Positions 41,577 through 51,157 of a stretch of 64,000 bases of DNA are shown here, one piece after another. Within the stretch, counting starts at the first letter, position 1. Every line of letters starts with the position of its first letter. The stretch is from a bacterium. Its GTDB lineage: Bacteria; Hinthialibacterota; Hinthialibacteria; Hinthialibacterales; Hinthialibacteraceae. Both the position numbers and the translations under genes were made by a program. Under the pieces are notes generated by a model, which ran no database searches, was not told the origin of the DNA, and was given only the letters and a program-made list of their open reading frames with translations. The stretch covers positions 1,408,001 to 1,472,000 of the forward strand of contig CAXXMV010000008.1 in the NCBI GenBank assembly GCA_963662285.2, in the 5' to 3' direction.

Positions 41577-42668
41577 ATGAAACCTACGTCTTGCGCTCCG
41601 GTTGATGAATTTACCCCTACAGCCGAAATCCGGCTTGATGACCTGTATAAACCAATTGAGGAACAATTAAGCCTAACGCAATCTTTATATAACGATACAG
41701 TTCTTCAATCAGCTGAGCGTAATTATATCCATCAATTACTTAGTGAAGAAGAATCCATTGTTCAAAAAGAGTATCGTGTGGATATCGCCGATAAAATCGC
41801 CGAACACCTTCTTCAGAGTCGCGGCAAGTGGATTCGCGCTTCAATGGTATTGCTCTGCGCCAAAGCTTGCGGTGTGGAAAGCATTGATGTGCGGCAGTTA
41901 GCGGTTGCGGTCGAACTGGTTCATCTGGCCACTTTGATACATGACGATATTATAGATCAAGCGGACATTCGCAGAGGAATAGCATCCGTACAATGCGGAT
42001 GGGGCAATTCCATCGCGGTGCTAATGGGTGATTTCCTATACTCCAAAGCCTTTAAACTTCTGCTATCCAGTGATTCCATTAAAGCGCAGACATTGCTTGC
42101 CAAAGCCACCGGTCAAATGTGCCTGGGCGAAATCAAACAACTTCGTTTCAATGGCAATGGCGCGATGACCGAACCTGATTACCTGGAAATGATTGAAAAC
42201 AAGACCGCTTCGCTCATGTCAGCCGCCACTGCATCCGGAGGAGTTATTGGCGGCCTGTCTGATGAGATGGTTGAACGCTTACACGAATACGGTCATGCAG
42301 TGGGCATGGCCTTCCAGATTGCGGACGATATTCTTGATTATACCTCTTCAACCAGCGAATTAGGTAAAGAACAGGGTGGAGACCTCCGTAATGGGAAAAC
42401 AACCCTGCCATTAATTCATCTTTTCCAGAAAGATGGAGAAAACGCCCATTCTATCCTCAATAGCAACGGTTCCATCGAACATAAAACTGAACAAATCCTT
42501 TCTTTGATGGAAGAATTCGGTTCTATCAAATATGCTTATGAAGTCGGTCAAAAATATGGTTCTCTAGCCAAAAAGAATCTTCAGGCCATCAAATCCGTGG
42601 CTGGAGAATCGGAAGCGCTGACATCATTAACCAACCTGGTCGATTTCGTGCTGAACCGCAAACGATAG
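41577..42668 (+). CDS. Polyprenyl diphosphate synthase (IspB/HepT-like)
   Basis: GKWIR, LIHDDIID..RRG, KTA, FQIADDILD, GKTTLP. Confidence 0.93.
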   Translation: MKPTSCAPVDEFTPTAEIRLDDLYKPIEEQLSLTQSLYNDTVLQSAERNYIHQLLSEEESIVQKEYRVDIADKIAEHLLQSRGKWIRASMVLLCAKACGVESIDVRQLAVAVELVHLATLIHDDIIDQADIRRGIASVQCGWGNSIAVLMGDFLYSKAFKLLLSSDSIKAQTLLAKATGQMCLGEIKQLRFNGNGAMTEPDYLEMIENKTASLMSAATASGGVIGGLSDEMVERLHEYGHAVGMAFQIADDILDYTSSTSELGKEQGGDLRNGKTTLPLIHLFQKDGENAHSILNSNGSIEHKTEQILSLMEEFGSIKYAYEVGQKYGSLAKKNLQAIKSVAGESEALTSLTNLVDFVLNRKR

Positions 42669-42822
42669 ATCATTATTCTCTTTACCCTCCACCATTCAAG
42701 AAACCAGAACAGACATATTTACAATATACCCATTGATTTCTGATGCAGTAAAGCAAATGATATCCTATGAACGCCCTGCTTATATTGCAGGAAAATTAAT
42801 TTAAAAAATGGAGATATATTTC

Positions 42823-43659
42823 ATGACAAGAAAAGCCATTGCGTTTTTAGGTAATGTCCTGATTTTACTATTTGCTTGCGCCAACATTCATGCGGCGGAT
42901 AAGACCGTTTGCTCATTAGAAAAAGCCGGTAAGCATATCTATTCTCACGCCCATAATGACTACGAACACGAAAGACCTCTGCTGGATGCGCTGGAAAACA
43001 AGTTCTATAGCGTGGAAGCAGATTTTTGGTTGGTGGACGGAACCATCATGGTTGCACATGACAAACATGATAATAAGAACGAGTATACGGGAACGTTAAA
43101 GGAACTATATCTTGATCCACTGCAAAAACTGGTTGATCAAAAAGGCTCGGTGCATGGCGATGGAGTTCCATTTTATCTTTGGCTGGATATCAAGGATGGC
43201 GGCGACGAGGTGCGCCCTATTTTGCATAACTTATTAAAACAATACTCCATGCTCAGCGCCTTCGCCGATGATAAAGTTGAAGGCCGCCCGGTTACCGCCA
43301 TATTAACCGGCGACGCCAAATCAAAACGCGCCTATGTAAGCGAATACGAAAAACGTTGGGCCTGCCGTGACAGCAACTATTATGATGAGAAAGACCCAAA
43401 AGCAGACCGGAAATGGCGCTGGTATGCATTAAAATGGTCTAATTACATCAAATGGTATGGCAAAGAACCAATCCAACCGGAAGAGTATCAAAAATGGAAA
43501 ACCATTGTTGACGACATCCACGCCAAAGGACGCAAGGTTCGATTCTGGTCTGCTCCCGACAATGAAATGTATTGGCAAAAAGCGCTTGAGGTTGGCGTTG
43601 ATCAAATAAATACAGATAAACTGGATGAACTGAACGCCTATCTGGAAACGGTAAAATAA
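42823..43659 (+). CDS. Secreted PI-PLC/GDPD-superfamily phosphodiesterase (Aim6-like)
   Basis: HAHNDY, SVEAD, VAHD, LDIK, RFW, INTD; signal peptide. Confidence 0.82.
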   Translation: MTRKAIAFLGNVLILLFACANIHAADKTVCSLEKAGKHIYSHAHNDYEHERPLLDALENKFYSVEADFWLVDGTIMVAHDKHDNKNEYTGTLKELYLDPLQKLVDQKGSVHGDGVPFYLWLDIKDGGDEVRPILHNLLKQYSMLSAFADDKVEGRPVTAILTGDAKSKRAYVSEYEKRWACRDSNYYDEKDPKADRKWRWYALKWSNYIKWYGKEPIQPEEYQKWKTIVDDIHAKGRKVRFWSAPDNEMYWQKALEVGVDQINTDKLDELNAYLETVK

Positions 43660-43701
43660 TATCATTGGGATATTTTATAACGTCTTTGGGAAGACCAGGT
43701 C

Positions 43702-43899
43702 GGGTGGCAAGGGCAGTGTATTTTCTGCCCTTGATTCAGATCACCTTATTTGTTTCTATTGTTTTTATCAACAATCCACGTTGAAGGTAGAATTAAATTT
43801 AATTTTTAGTGCTTGTAATTGGATTATAGAGAATCAATGTTCTTTTTGTTTTTCAAAGGTTTTCAGTCAAGGGCAGAAAGGACACTGCCCTTGGCACCC
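43702..43899. repeat. ~200-bp dispersed REPIN/MITE-like element, copy 2
   Basis: Colinear with 1396-1594 and has the same 37-bp inverted arms; followed by the GTAG-REP fragment CGCCCCTAC. Confidence 0.9.
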
Positions 43900-43943
43900 A
43901 GCGCCCCTACAATTGCATATTATTTATTATGGAGAACAAAATC

Positions 43944-44867
43944 ATGAATTGGTTTTTAGTTCTATTCACTCTGTTGTCAGTGACTACTTACTCAGAGGAT
44001 ATTGCATTTCAACCTAAGGAAAACGGCGTCTATGCGTTTAACACGCCTTCGGTAAATGGTGTGTTAAATGCGGGCAAGATGCCGCAAGGCGTTGTTTCCC
44101 TGATTGATGCGAAGTCTGGAAAGCAGGTAGTGCTCCCTCCGGGCATCATGGGATACTACCGCTTGATGACCACCAACGACCGCTGGGGAACATCGTTCCG
44201 CCAATGGCCCAGCCAAGATATTTTGCTGCCGGACGGATCAGTGCAAATCACCTGGCCTCCGGCTGAGGATCACCCCATTGAACTGGTTGCGAACTATAAA
44301 TGGGTCGGGTCAAATACGTTAGAACTGAAAACGGCGGTCACCAGCAAACGTAATTTACGCCGGGCTGAAGTGTTTATTGGTTCATATTTCAGCAATGACA
44401 TGAATGCCTTGGTCTATGCAAAACCTACACAGCATTCACCCGAAAAACCGTCCTTCATTCCAGCACGGGTCAATGCTCTGCTGGATGGCTGCTATCTGGC
44501 GTTTCCGCGCGACTCCATGTCAGCCCAGTTATTCTTCGATGGCCGATGGGATAAAGGAGATAATCCCGCTCATTTCTCAGTGACCCGGTTTTATGCTTTA
44601 CCTATGGCCATGAGAGTTGATCCCGCAACAAAGTTGGGAGTCCTGCTCATGGGACGCCCCGACACCTGTTTTGGAGTTGCGATGTCTTATGATAAAGACC
44701 CGCCTGACGGAGTGGCCAACCATAGTTCGCTTTATTTCTCTGAATTTGGCGTTGATTTAGCGCCCGGACAGACAGTACATTCCGTACACCGTATGGTGAT
44801 TGATTACGACATAACCGAAGCGATGGCTTTGTCGTTTTATGATAAGTTTATTACGGAAACGGAGTGA
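43944..44867 (+). CDS. Secreted hypothetical protein (beta-rich)
   Basis: Long ORF, GGAG SD before 43944, signal peptide. Confidence 0.75.
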   Translation: MNWFLVLFTLLSVTTYSEDIAFQPKENGVYAFNTPSVNGVLNAGKMPQGVVSLIDAKSGKQVVLPPGIMGYYRLMTTNDRWGTSFRQWPSQDILLPDGSVQITWPPAEDHPIELVANYKWVGSNTLELKTAVTSKRNLRRAEVFIGSYFSNDMNALVYAKPTQHSPEKPSFIPARVNALLDGCYLAFPRDSMSAQLFFDGRWDKGDNPAHFSVTRFYALPMAMRVDPATKLGVLLMGRPDTCFGVAMSYDKDPPDGVANHSSLYFSEFGVDLAPGQTVHSVHRMVIDYDITEAMALSFYDKFITETE

Positions 44868-44915
44868 ATTGTATTTTAGGATTACGGTGATTCGGTAAAG
44901 CATGACCCACGCAAA

Positions 44916-45746
44916 TCACCAGCCGCCGCTGGCGCCTCCGCCGCCGGACATGCCGCCGCCGAAGCCTCCGAAACTGCCTCCACCGCCGCCCATGCCGCCG
45001 CCGAAATGAGAACCGCCGCCCCAGTGGCTGCGTCTACCTCCGCCGCCCATCAGCATGTAGAGCAGAAAGAGTTTGGGGTTGCGCACGAAAAAGATAAACA
45101 TGACTATGCCCATAATCATGGGCAGAAATCCACCAAGGGGCGAACCACGCTTGGAACCCTGTTGGCTCTTGCGGCTAGGGGCGGGACTAACCGCGCCGCT
45201 TATTTGAAACTCGCTCAACGGAATATTGCGGTCCTTGGCGATTTCAGCAATTAACGCGGCTGACAGGTTTAATAATCCTTCACCATATTTCCCCTGTCGA
45301 AAATAATCGGGCAGAAGAGTGCGACCCAGTTGTGATGCTTTTACATCCGGGATGACGCCTTCAAGGCCGTAGCCGACTTCGATGCGCCATTTCCGGTCTT
45401 TTACTGCTACCAAAATCAGCAGACCGTCATTCTCTCCCTTACGGCCTATGCCCCATTGTTCAAAAAGAGCCACAGCGGCTTCTTCAACCGTGCCATAACC
45501 GTGTTCTTTCAAATTATTTATGGTCACTACAGCAAGTTCAGCTTTGGTTTTCTGTTGCAGGGCTAAGGCGAGTTGATTTATTCCCTGCTCGGATCGCTCT
45601 GATATGACATTGCCAAAATCAGAGACGTAATTGCGCGGTTCAGGCCAAGGCTTCTGAGCGGCGACAGTATAACTTGCCGTAATAAAAACCAATAGCAAAA
45701 TCAGCCCGAGGCGGACTTGAAGATTTCTGTAATATTTACTTGTCAT
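44916..45746 (-). CDS. TPM-domain (YgcG-like) membrane protein with Gly-rich tail
   Basis: YVSDFGNVI, WGIG..NDGLLIL..RIEVGYGLEG, C-terminal GGGMSGGGGASGGW. Confidence 0.93.
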   Translation of the reverse strand: MTSKYYRNLQVRLGLILLLVFITASYTVAAQKPWPEPRNYVSDFGNVISERSEQGINQLALALQQKTKAELAVVTINNLKEHGYGTVEEAAVALFEQWGIGRKGENDGLLILVAVKDRKWRIEVGYGLEGVIPDVKASQLGRTLLPDYFRQGKYGEGLLNLSAALIAEIAKDRNIPLSEFQISGAVSPAPSRKSQQGSKRGSPLGGFLPMIMGIVMFIFFVRNPKLFLLYMLMGGGGRRSHWGGGSHFGGGMGGGGGSFGGFGGGMSGGGGASGGW

Positions 45747-45763
45747 GAAAGCATCCTCTCGCT

Positions 45764-46513
45764 TTATTTCGATTCCATACGGTCGATAACCTGGGCCAGT
45801 TTAAGCAGGACGTCAATATATTCGTTATAAACCGATAACGAGTTTCTTCCAATTGAAGACTTGCCGCTGATATGCTGCCAGACTTTTTGACAAGGCATTA
45901 CGGTAAAATTATTACGCTCTTCCAATTCATGAAGAATATCGTTCTTGGTCGCTGGAGGATTTTCCATTCCTAAAAAGCGTAGAAGATTACGGAACACGGG
46001 AAACAACTGACGCTGGACTTCAATCAGAATATCCACCAATATTTTATCGGCGCCCTGATGTTCCAAGAGGAGTTCCCGCATACGGATCAATTTGCCTTTG
46101 ATCTGTTCTTCTATCTTGATGCGCAAGTGTTCGCGGCGAATTTCTAAACACTCAACCTGATTCTTATCGCCATACAACATAAGATGCTTGTCTTGGATTT
46201 CTATGAATTCCAATGGGAAGACGTCACCGGAACGCTCGAATGTTTCTACGGCCAGACATAACGGCGCAGTTATCCTCTTTTTTAAGCTATCACGAATAAT
46301 GGGGCGTAGAATATTGATTTCAGCTGATCCAAACGAATCGAACAGTACTAATGAGTTAATGTCAGATTGTTCGGGGATAAAATCATCTGTCACCACGCTG
46401 CCATATAGATAGATCGAGTCAATTTTTCGGGGAAATGCGGTTAGCGCCCGGTCGAATAATGATTCGACCGTCTCCCTGACGCCGCTTGGAATTTTATCGA
46501 GGTTCTTCAACAT
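45764..46513 (-). CDS. Nucleotidyltransferase-domain protein
   Basis: YLYGS...SDIN, DVFPLEF; of the type usually found beside TPM/LemA genes. Confidence 0.75.
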   Translation of the reverse strand: MLKNLDKIPSGVRETVESLFDRALTAFPRKIDSIYLYGSVVTDDFIPEQSDINSLVLFDSFGSAEINILRPIIRDSLKKRITAPLCLAVETFERSGDVFPLEFIEIQDKHLMLYGDKNQVECLEIRREHLRIKIEEQIKGKLIRMRELLLEHQGADKILVDILIEVQRQLFPVFRNLLRFLGMENPPATKNDILHELEERNNFTVMPCQKVWQHISGKSSIGRNSLSVYNEYIDVLLKLAQVIDRMESK

Positions 46514-46624
46514 AATATTATAAATCTCCTTTTTTACTCTTGATCAAAAAGTTGTACAATTCATAAAATCTGACATTAAACAAATCCAGCGCTTTCAAAA
46601 CGCATAAATTACTAGTAACCGATC

Positions 46625-46738
46625 TGGAGTAATTTTCATAATAACGTTCTTATTCAAGATAAGAAAAAGCCAGAAAAGGTTGGCTTTTTCTAAGTCCAAA
46701 AGTGGTAATCAACCAACAAATTTTTGAGAATCGATCAA
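46625..46738 (-). repeat. ~114-bp MITE-like element, copy C (inverted)
   Basis: Aligns to the reverse complement of copy A (ATAATAACGTTCT...AGAAAAG.TTGG.TTTTT...AAATTTTTG). Confidence 0.7.
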
Positions 46739-47007
46739 AATGCAAGAAAATATCATTAATAATACGCGAAATGCTTCCATTTATCGCCTGGTGAAATAAA
46801 ATAATCTGTTGTTAGACGACGATATATCTCCCAAAATGCCTATCAAGAAGTTAAAATATTGCAACATTGAAATTTGATCAGCCTCAAATATTGCGTTGCT
46901 TCCTTGGATGTAAGAGATATTTAATCCAGTCCTTATAGATACCCTAACAAAACAAACTATGGCTTTATCGATAGATTTAGGCCTAATTTAATAAAAGGAT
47001 TTTGAAC

Positions 47008-48420
47008 ATGAAAAAAAATACTGTTGCATTACTCTTGATTGGAATACTGAGTTTTATCGCTATAAACAGTTCTCCAGCCTATTCTCAAGATGATCCCGCC
47101 GTCGAAAAGCGAATCAAAAAAATAGAAAAGGAAAATGAAACGCTTAAAGAATTAGTTAAACAATTACAAGACCGTCTGGATAAAATCGAAGGCCAAGAAC
47201 CTAAGAAAACCAAAAAGAAAGATAGCGATAAACCAGAAGACGAATCATCCAATAAGAAAGAAAAGAAGATTGATGATAAGGAAAAAGAGAGCGACAAGCA
47301 AGAACTGGCGCCTAAACATAAAACCAGCGTCGCCGATATCAATGGTTATGATGAAGGAAAAGATGACGAAAGTTGGCTGCCATCGCGACTGGGCGAAAAA
47401 TTCCGTTTTGGCGGACGGGTGCAGGTGGAATATTTCAATTCAGAAAATGAATCTCTGCTGCAATCGGCTATTCCCGACAGTCCGGGAGGCAGTTTCCACC
47501 TCGACGAACTGAGCCTTTATCTGGATGCGGACTTAAAAAACGACATTCGACTTTTCAGCAAGATAGATATTCATGGCGAAGATTATGGCTTGCTTGACGC
47601 ATACGCTGATTTCGAAGATCTGCCTCTATCATCCGCATTGCGCGTTGGTCTTCATAAACGTTTCTATCGTCCCAACCGCTATACCGAAACATATCCAATA
47701 ACAGGAATCGCATTCTGGCGCAGTAGAATCCTCGGCTTAACCTGGACCGGCAAATACGATCCAGTATACGCGCATCTCTCTATCGCCAATGGCCCGCAAC
47801 TCGACAAACGCCAACTGATGGAAGACGAATCCTCCGAAATGATCAGTGATGATAACATTGATTTCGACCTCAATGGCGACAAGGAATTAAGCGCAGGAAT
47901 TGGACTTAAACTTGATTTTGATAATTACGGTGAACTGGATATTATGGGTTTTGGCATGATCGGAGAACTTTCCGATGACGATATCGATTACCTTCAGGGT
48001 GACGTCCCCGGATACGGATTGTTTTTTGATGATAAAAAAGAACTGGTGGGCGCCAACTTGTCTTATGATATTAACAAATGGAATTTCTTTAGTCAGGCTA
48101 TAGCGGGAACCGATGGAGAGATGGATCGATTCTCGTGGTACTCAGAGTTATCCTATCTCTTTGAAATTGATGGGATGAGATACCTCAACTCAATCCGTCC
48201 ACTGGTGCGTTATGGAGAATTGGACAACAACCTGACTCCACAACCTTACGCCAAACGTGGATCTATGACATGGGATAGACAGCAATGGTTATTCGCCGTA
48301 ATCGCAGAACTGGTTCGGAATGTTAATTTCAGAGCGGAATATGCACTAAACGACGAAGAGACTGGCGCGCAGGATGCCAATAACAACGAATTTCTGTTTC
48401 AACTCGAAGTTCGTTTTTAA
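47008..48420 (+). CDS. Outer-membrane beta-barrel porin (OprO/P-like architecture)
   Basis: Signal peptide, coiled coil, charged linker, amphipathic strands, C-terminal QLEVRF. Confidence 0.78.
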   Translation: MKKNTVALLLIGILSFIAINSSPAYSQDDPAVEKRIKKIEKENETLKELVKQLQDRLDKIEGQEPKKTKKKDSDKPEDESSNKKEKKIDDKEKESDKQELAPKHKTSVADINGYDEGKDDESWLPSRLGEKFRFGGRVQVEYFNSENESLLQSAIPDSPGGSFHLDELSLYLDADLKNDIRLFSKIDIHGEDYGLLDAYADFEDLPLSSALRVGLHKRFYRPNRYTETYPITGIAFWRSRILGLTWTGKYDPVYAHLSIANGPQLDKRQLMEDESSEMISDDNIDFDLNGDKELSAGIGLKLDFDNYGELDIMGFGMIGELSDDDIDYLQGDVPGYGLFFDDKKELVGANLSYDINKWNFFSQAIAGTDGEMDRFSWYSELSYLFEIDGMRYLNSIRPLVRYGELDNNLTPQPYAKRGSMTWDRQQWLFAVIAELVRNVNFRAEYALNDEETGAQDANNNEFLFQLEVRF

Positions 48421-48639
48421 TGAAGTTCGTTTTGTCATCTGATCAAACGATGTAATTAAATATGCTTTTTTATCAAGTCATCTGAAACATTTTTTGATAT
48501 AGTACGTATATATAAAGAAGACTTTGATTATTAATGGCATCTCTACGTTTTTGCGCAAAAATTGCTCGTTCGTTAATCTGGATTTGAGAAATATATGCGC
48601 AAACAATAGCGAAATCCTTCAAAATAAAGGATTTCGGAT

Positions 48640-48655
48640 TGGCACGTTACCTGCT
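48640..48655 (+). promoter_or_regulatory. Sigma54 -24/-12 promoter
   Basis: TGGCACG-TTAC-CTGCT (GG-N10-GC); upstream palindrome TTTTTGCGCAAAAA at 48548-48561. Confidence 0.65.
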
Positions 48656-48895
48656 TTATACACTACCAGGTTTTACAGGTAGTAATTTAATTTCAGGCGT
48701 TCCCAATAAGGATGAATTTGAAGAAAAATTTAAGCAACATCAAAAAAAAAGTTGTTTTCATCCACCATTTATGATAATACGGCGTCATTAATGAACTAAA
48801 TCTTTCATAAAACAGACTAATTAAATATCGCAAAGGTTGCATGTAAATACTGGACAAATATCACATATTATATGTAGATATTAGATGGGAATGGA

Positions 48896-49663
48896 ATGAA
48901 CGGACAAACAGTAAAAGAAGCAACAAGTTCCATAATGAGTTCTATAGGTAACACTGTTACCGATGTTTTCACATCAGCGGCCAATGACGCAATGAACGGT
49001 GCTTTTCAGCATGAAATTTCGTACATTCAAATACTGATTTCACTGACAGCCGCAGCGATTCTGGGAACCCTGATCGCATATCACCCCCGACGTCATGTAG
49101 AAGGAACCGGACCGGTTACCGACCGTGAACTACGCAACTCGCAAATCCTGATCTGCGTAGCGGGGGCCATTATGGTGATCCTTATCCAGGATAGTTTGGC
49201 CCGCGCATTTGGTTTGGTTGGTTTAGGCAGTTTCGTGCGCTACCGCACAGCGCTGCGAAATCCATTCGACCTGGCCATCATATTCATCCTCATCGGATTG
49301 GGGATGTCGTGCGGATTAGGCATGAACGATATATCAATGTATGAATTGGCGATCACAGTCACCAGTTTCGTCTATATCCTGCTCTATATAATGTCGTTCA
49401 ATAAAAGCGCCTATCATCATACATGGCAATTGAGAATCGATAGCACCGATCCGCTCATAATCGAAAAAGCCTTTCGCAAAGTTGCAGAAAAACAAGGTTT
49501 TTTAGTTATGAAACTGCGGCGCAGCAGAGAAGCCGGTCATTTCCGCTGCCTCTTCATCGCCAAGCGTTCTTTCAACACTGATGAAGTGACGCAAGACATA
49601 AAGGATTTATGCGGGGAAAAAATAATCTTCAGCCGTTTCGACTGGCAACTGGAGAGAAAATAG
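48896..49663 (+). CDS. DUF4956 / MgtC-SapB-like membrane protein
   Basis: SLARAFGLVGLGSFVRYRT motif, 4-5 TM helices, ACT-like C-terminus. Confidence 0.8.
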   Translation: MNGQTVKEATSSIMSSIGNTVTDVFTSAANDAMNGAFQHEISYIQILISLTAAAILGTLIAYHPRRHVEGTGPVTDRELRNSQILICVAGAIMVILIQDSLARAFGLVGLGSFVRYRTALRNPFDLAIIFILIGLGMSCGLGMNDISMYELAITVTSFVYILLYIMSFNKSAYHHTWQLRIDSTDPLIIEKAFRKVAEKQGFLVMKLRRSREAGHFRCLFIAKRSFNTDEVTQDIKDLCGEKIIFSRFDWQLERK

Positions 49664-49675
49664 TATTAACCGCCA

Positions 49676-50632
49676 TTAACTATTCCGACAGATAATCAGC
49701 GAGTGATCGTGTGGAAGACTTCCGCTTTCGAGCAGGAGGTCTTCGCACGCCGCCGCCATCTGCACCATGATGGCATGATCGCGGGAACCTTCTTCATCGA
49801 AATTCCCCATAATGGCCTCAAATAACAGATGTAAAACAGTTCCGCCATAATCCCGTTGTTCGATAATTTCAAACCGCTCGCGTAAAGCAGGGATAATCCG
49901 TTCTGAACAAACCGCCTCAAACGCCATGTGTTGTTTCATAAATTCTAAAGAAGGACGTACAATTCGATCATTGGTTTGTTCTGGATTACGCAAATTAACA
50001 GTCAACTCAGAGGGGAAGCACTTAAGCAGCCGATTGGCGGCATTCAACTGCGCATCGCTCCATTGAAACCGGTCTGGTCCTATAAACTCGTTGGCGATGA
50101 ATAAGCCCCCTGGTTCAAGCCGTTTTTTTAATCCATCCAGACATCTCTCCAGATGAACGAAATGATGCAAGGCCATCGAAACGAATACCGCATTATATTG
50201 CTTATCCAAATCGGCTTGATCGAGAAAATTGGCGTCGGCCACGGTATATCGTACTTTGGGGCTAAAACCTTCCTCTTCAGCCAGTTTTCTGGCTATCTCA
50301 ACTGCTCCCGGACTGATATCAAAGCCATCCATCCGCCCGGTAATATCCCGATCAAGAATTAAACGTTCCAACTCGCCATGTCCACACCCGACATTCAAGG
50401 CGGATTTGACGGGTTTCTTAAAAAACTTATGTTTGATATAGTCCAACCAATCAAGGTCAGGAGAACCGGAGATTCGACGGTTAATGTAACGCGCCAGCAT
50501 AGGCGAATCAAACCAGGAGAGACGCGTTGCGCTCTTTGCCTGACCCCAGAGTTCTTCTTCTCTCAAAGCCATATTGTCATAGTCGGATTCATACGAGGGA
50601 ATGGAAGATTTCCGTTTAGGCATCAGTCTCAT
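49676..50632 (-). CDS. Class I SAM-dependent methyltransferase
   Basis: LNVGCGHG, GFDIS, ADAN, ALHHF, LEPGG..NEFIGP. Confidence 0.9.
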   Translation of the reverse strand: MRLMPKRKSSIPSYESDYDNMALREEELWGQAKSATRLSWFDSPMLARYINRRISGSPDLDWLDYIKHKFFKKPVKSALNVGCGHGELERLILDRDITGRMDGFDISPGAVEIARKLAEEEGFSPKVRYTVADANFLDQADLDKQYNAVFVSMALHHFVHLERCLDGLKKRLEPGGLFIANEFIGPDRFQWSDAQLNAANRLLKCFPSELTVNLRNPEQTNDRIVRPSLEFMKQHMAFEAVCSERIIPALRERFEIIEQRDYGGTVLHLLFEAIMGNFDEEGSRDHAIMVQMAAACEDLLLESGSLPHDHSLIICRNS

Positions 50633-50924
50633 CTTTATATTCTTTCAGCATCTGTTCATAGCGGTAACAGCGTGCTTCCAGTTCTTTTAACTTAGTTTTA
50701 TGCTGAGTTAAATCGCTGTCTTTCTGACTGAGTAGATTTTCCAGATTTCCAAGATGTTTAAGAAAATCAGCAATATTCTCTTCTTTGTCGGTCAGCATCT
50801 TTTCGAGATTATGGGCGTGTTCGAGCAAACCCTTGCGATGCTCTTCCGCATCGTACAAACGGGATTTCAGCTCTTCCAACTCCCGCTCTGATATATTGAT
50901 GTTATCTTCTATATTATTTGACAT
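50616..50924 (-). CDS. Small coiled-coil protein
   Basis: Heptad pattern with repeated H..NLE..L; overlaps the methyltransferase start. Confidence 0.7.
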   Translation of the reverse strand: MSNNIEDNINISERELEELKSRLYDAEEHRKGLLEHAHNLEKMLTDKEENIADFLKHLGNLENLLSQKDSDLTQHKTKLKELEARCYRYEQMLKEYKDETDA

Positions 50925-51120
50925 GATCTTTGGCTAATATCCATTATTTCCGGTCTAAGTTCAATAAGTTTGCATCATTAGAGCGATGGTTAAAATAACG
51001 AGCATCAATGCGTTTGTTAACCGGTCTAGTATTTCTGTATTTTATCATAGTTTTAAGACTAAGCCTCCATCTGAAAGAGAGGTTTGCATAAAAACGTTAA
51101 TATTTGTGTTTAAAAAAGGC

Positions 51121-51157
51121 AAAAAAGCAGGTGAGGTATTTCCAACCTCACCTGCTT
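51121..51157 (-). terminator. Strong intrinsic terminator
   Basis: 11-bp stem GCAGGTGAGGT/ACCTCACCTGC, 7-nt loop, followed by T6 on the minus strand. Confidence 0.88.

Noticed and set aside
48406-48433. 12-bp duplication GAAGTTCGTTTT at the porin stop
   Set aside because: Short local slippage with no further structure.
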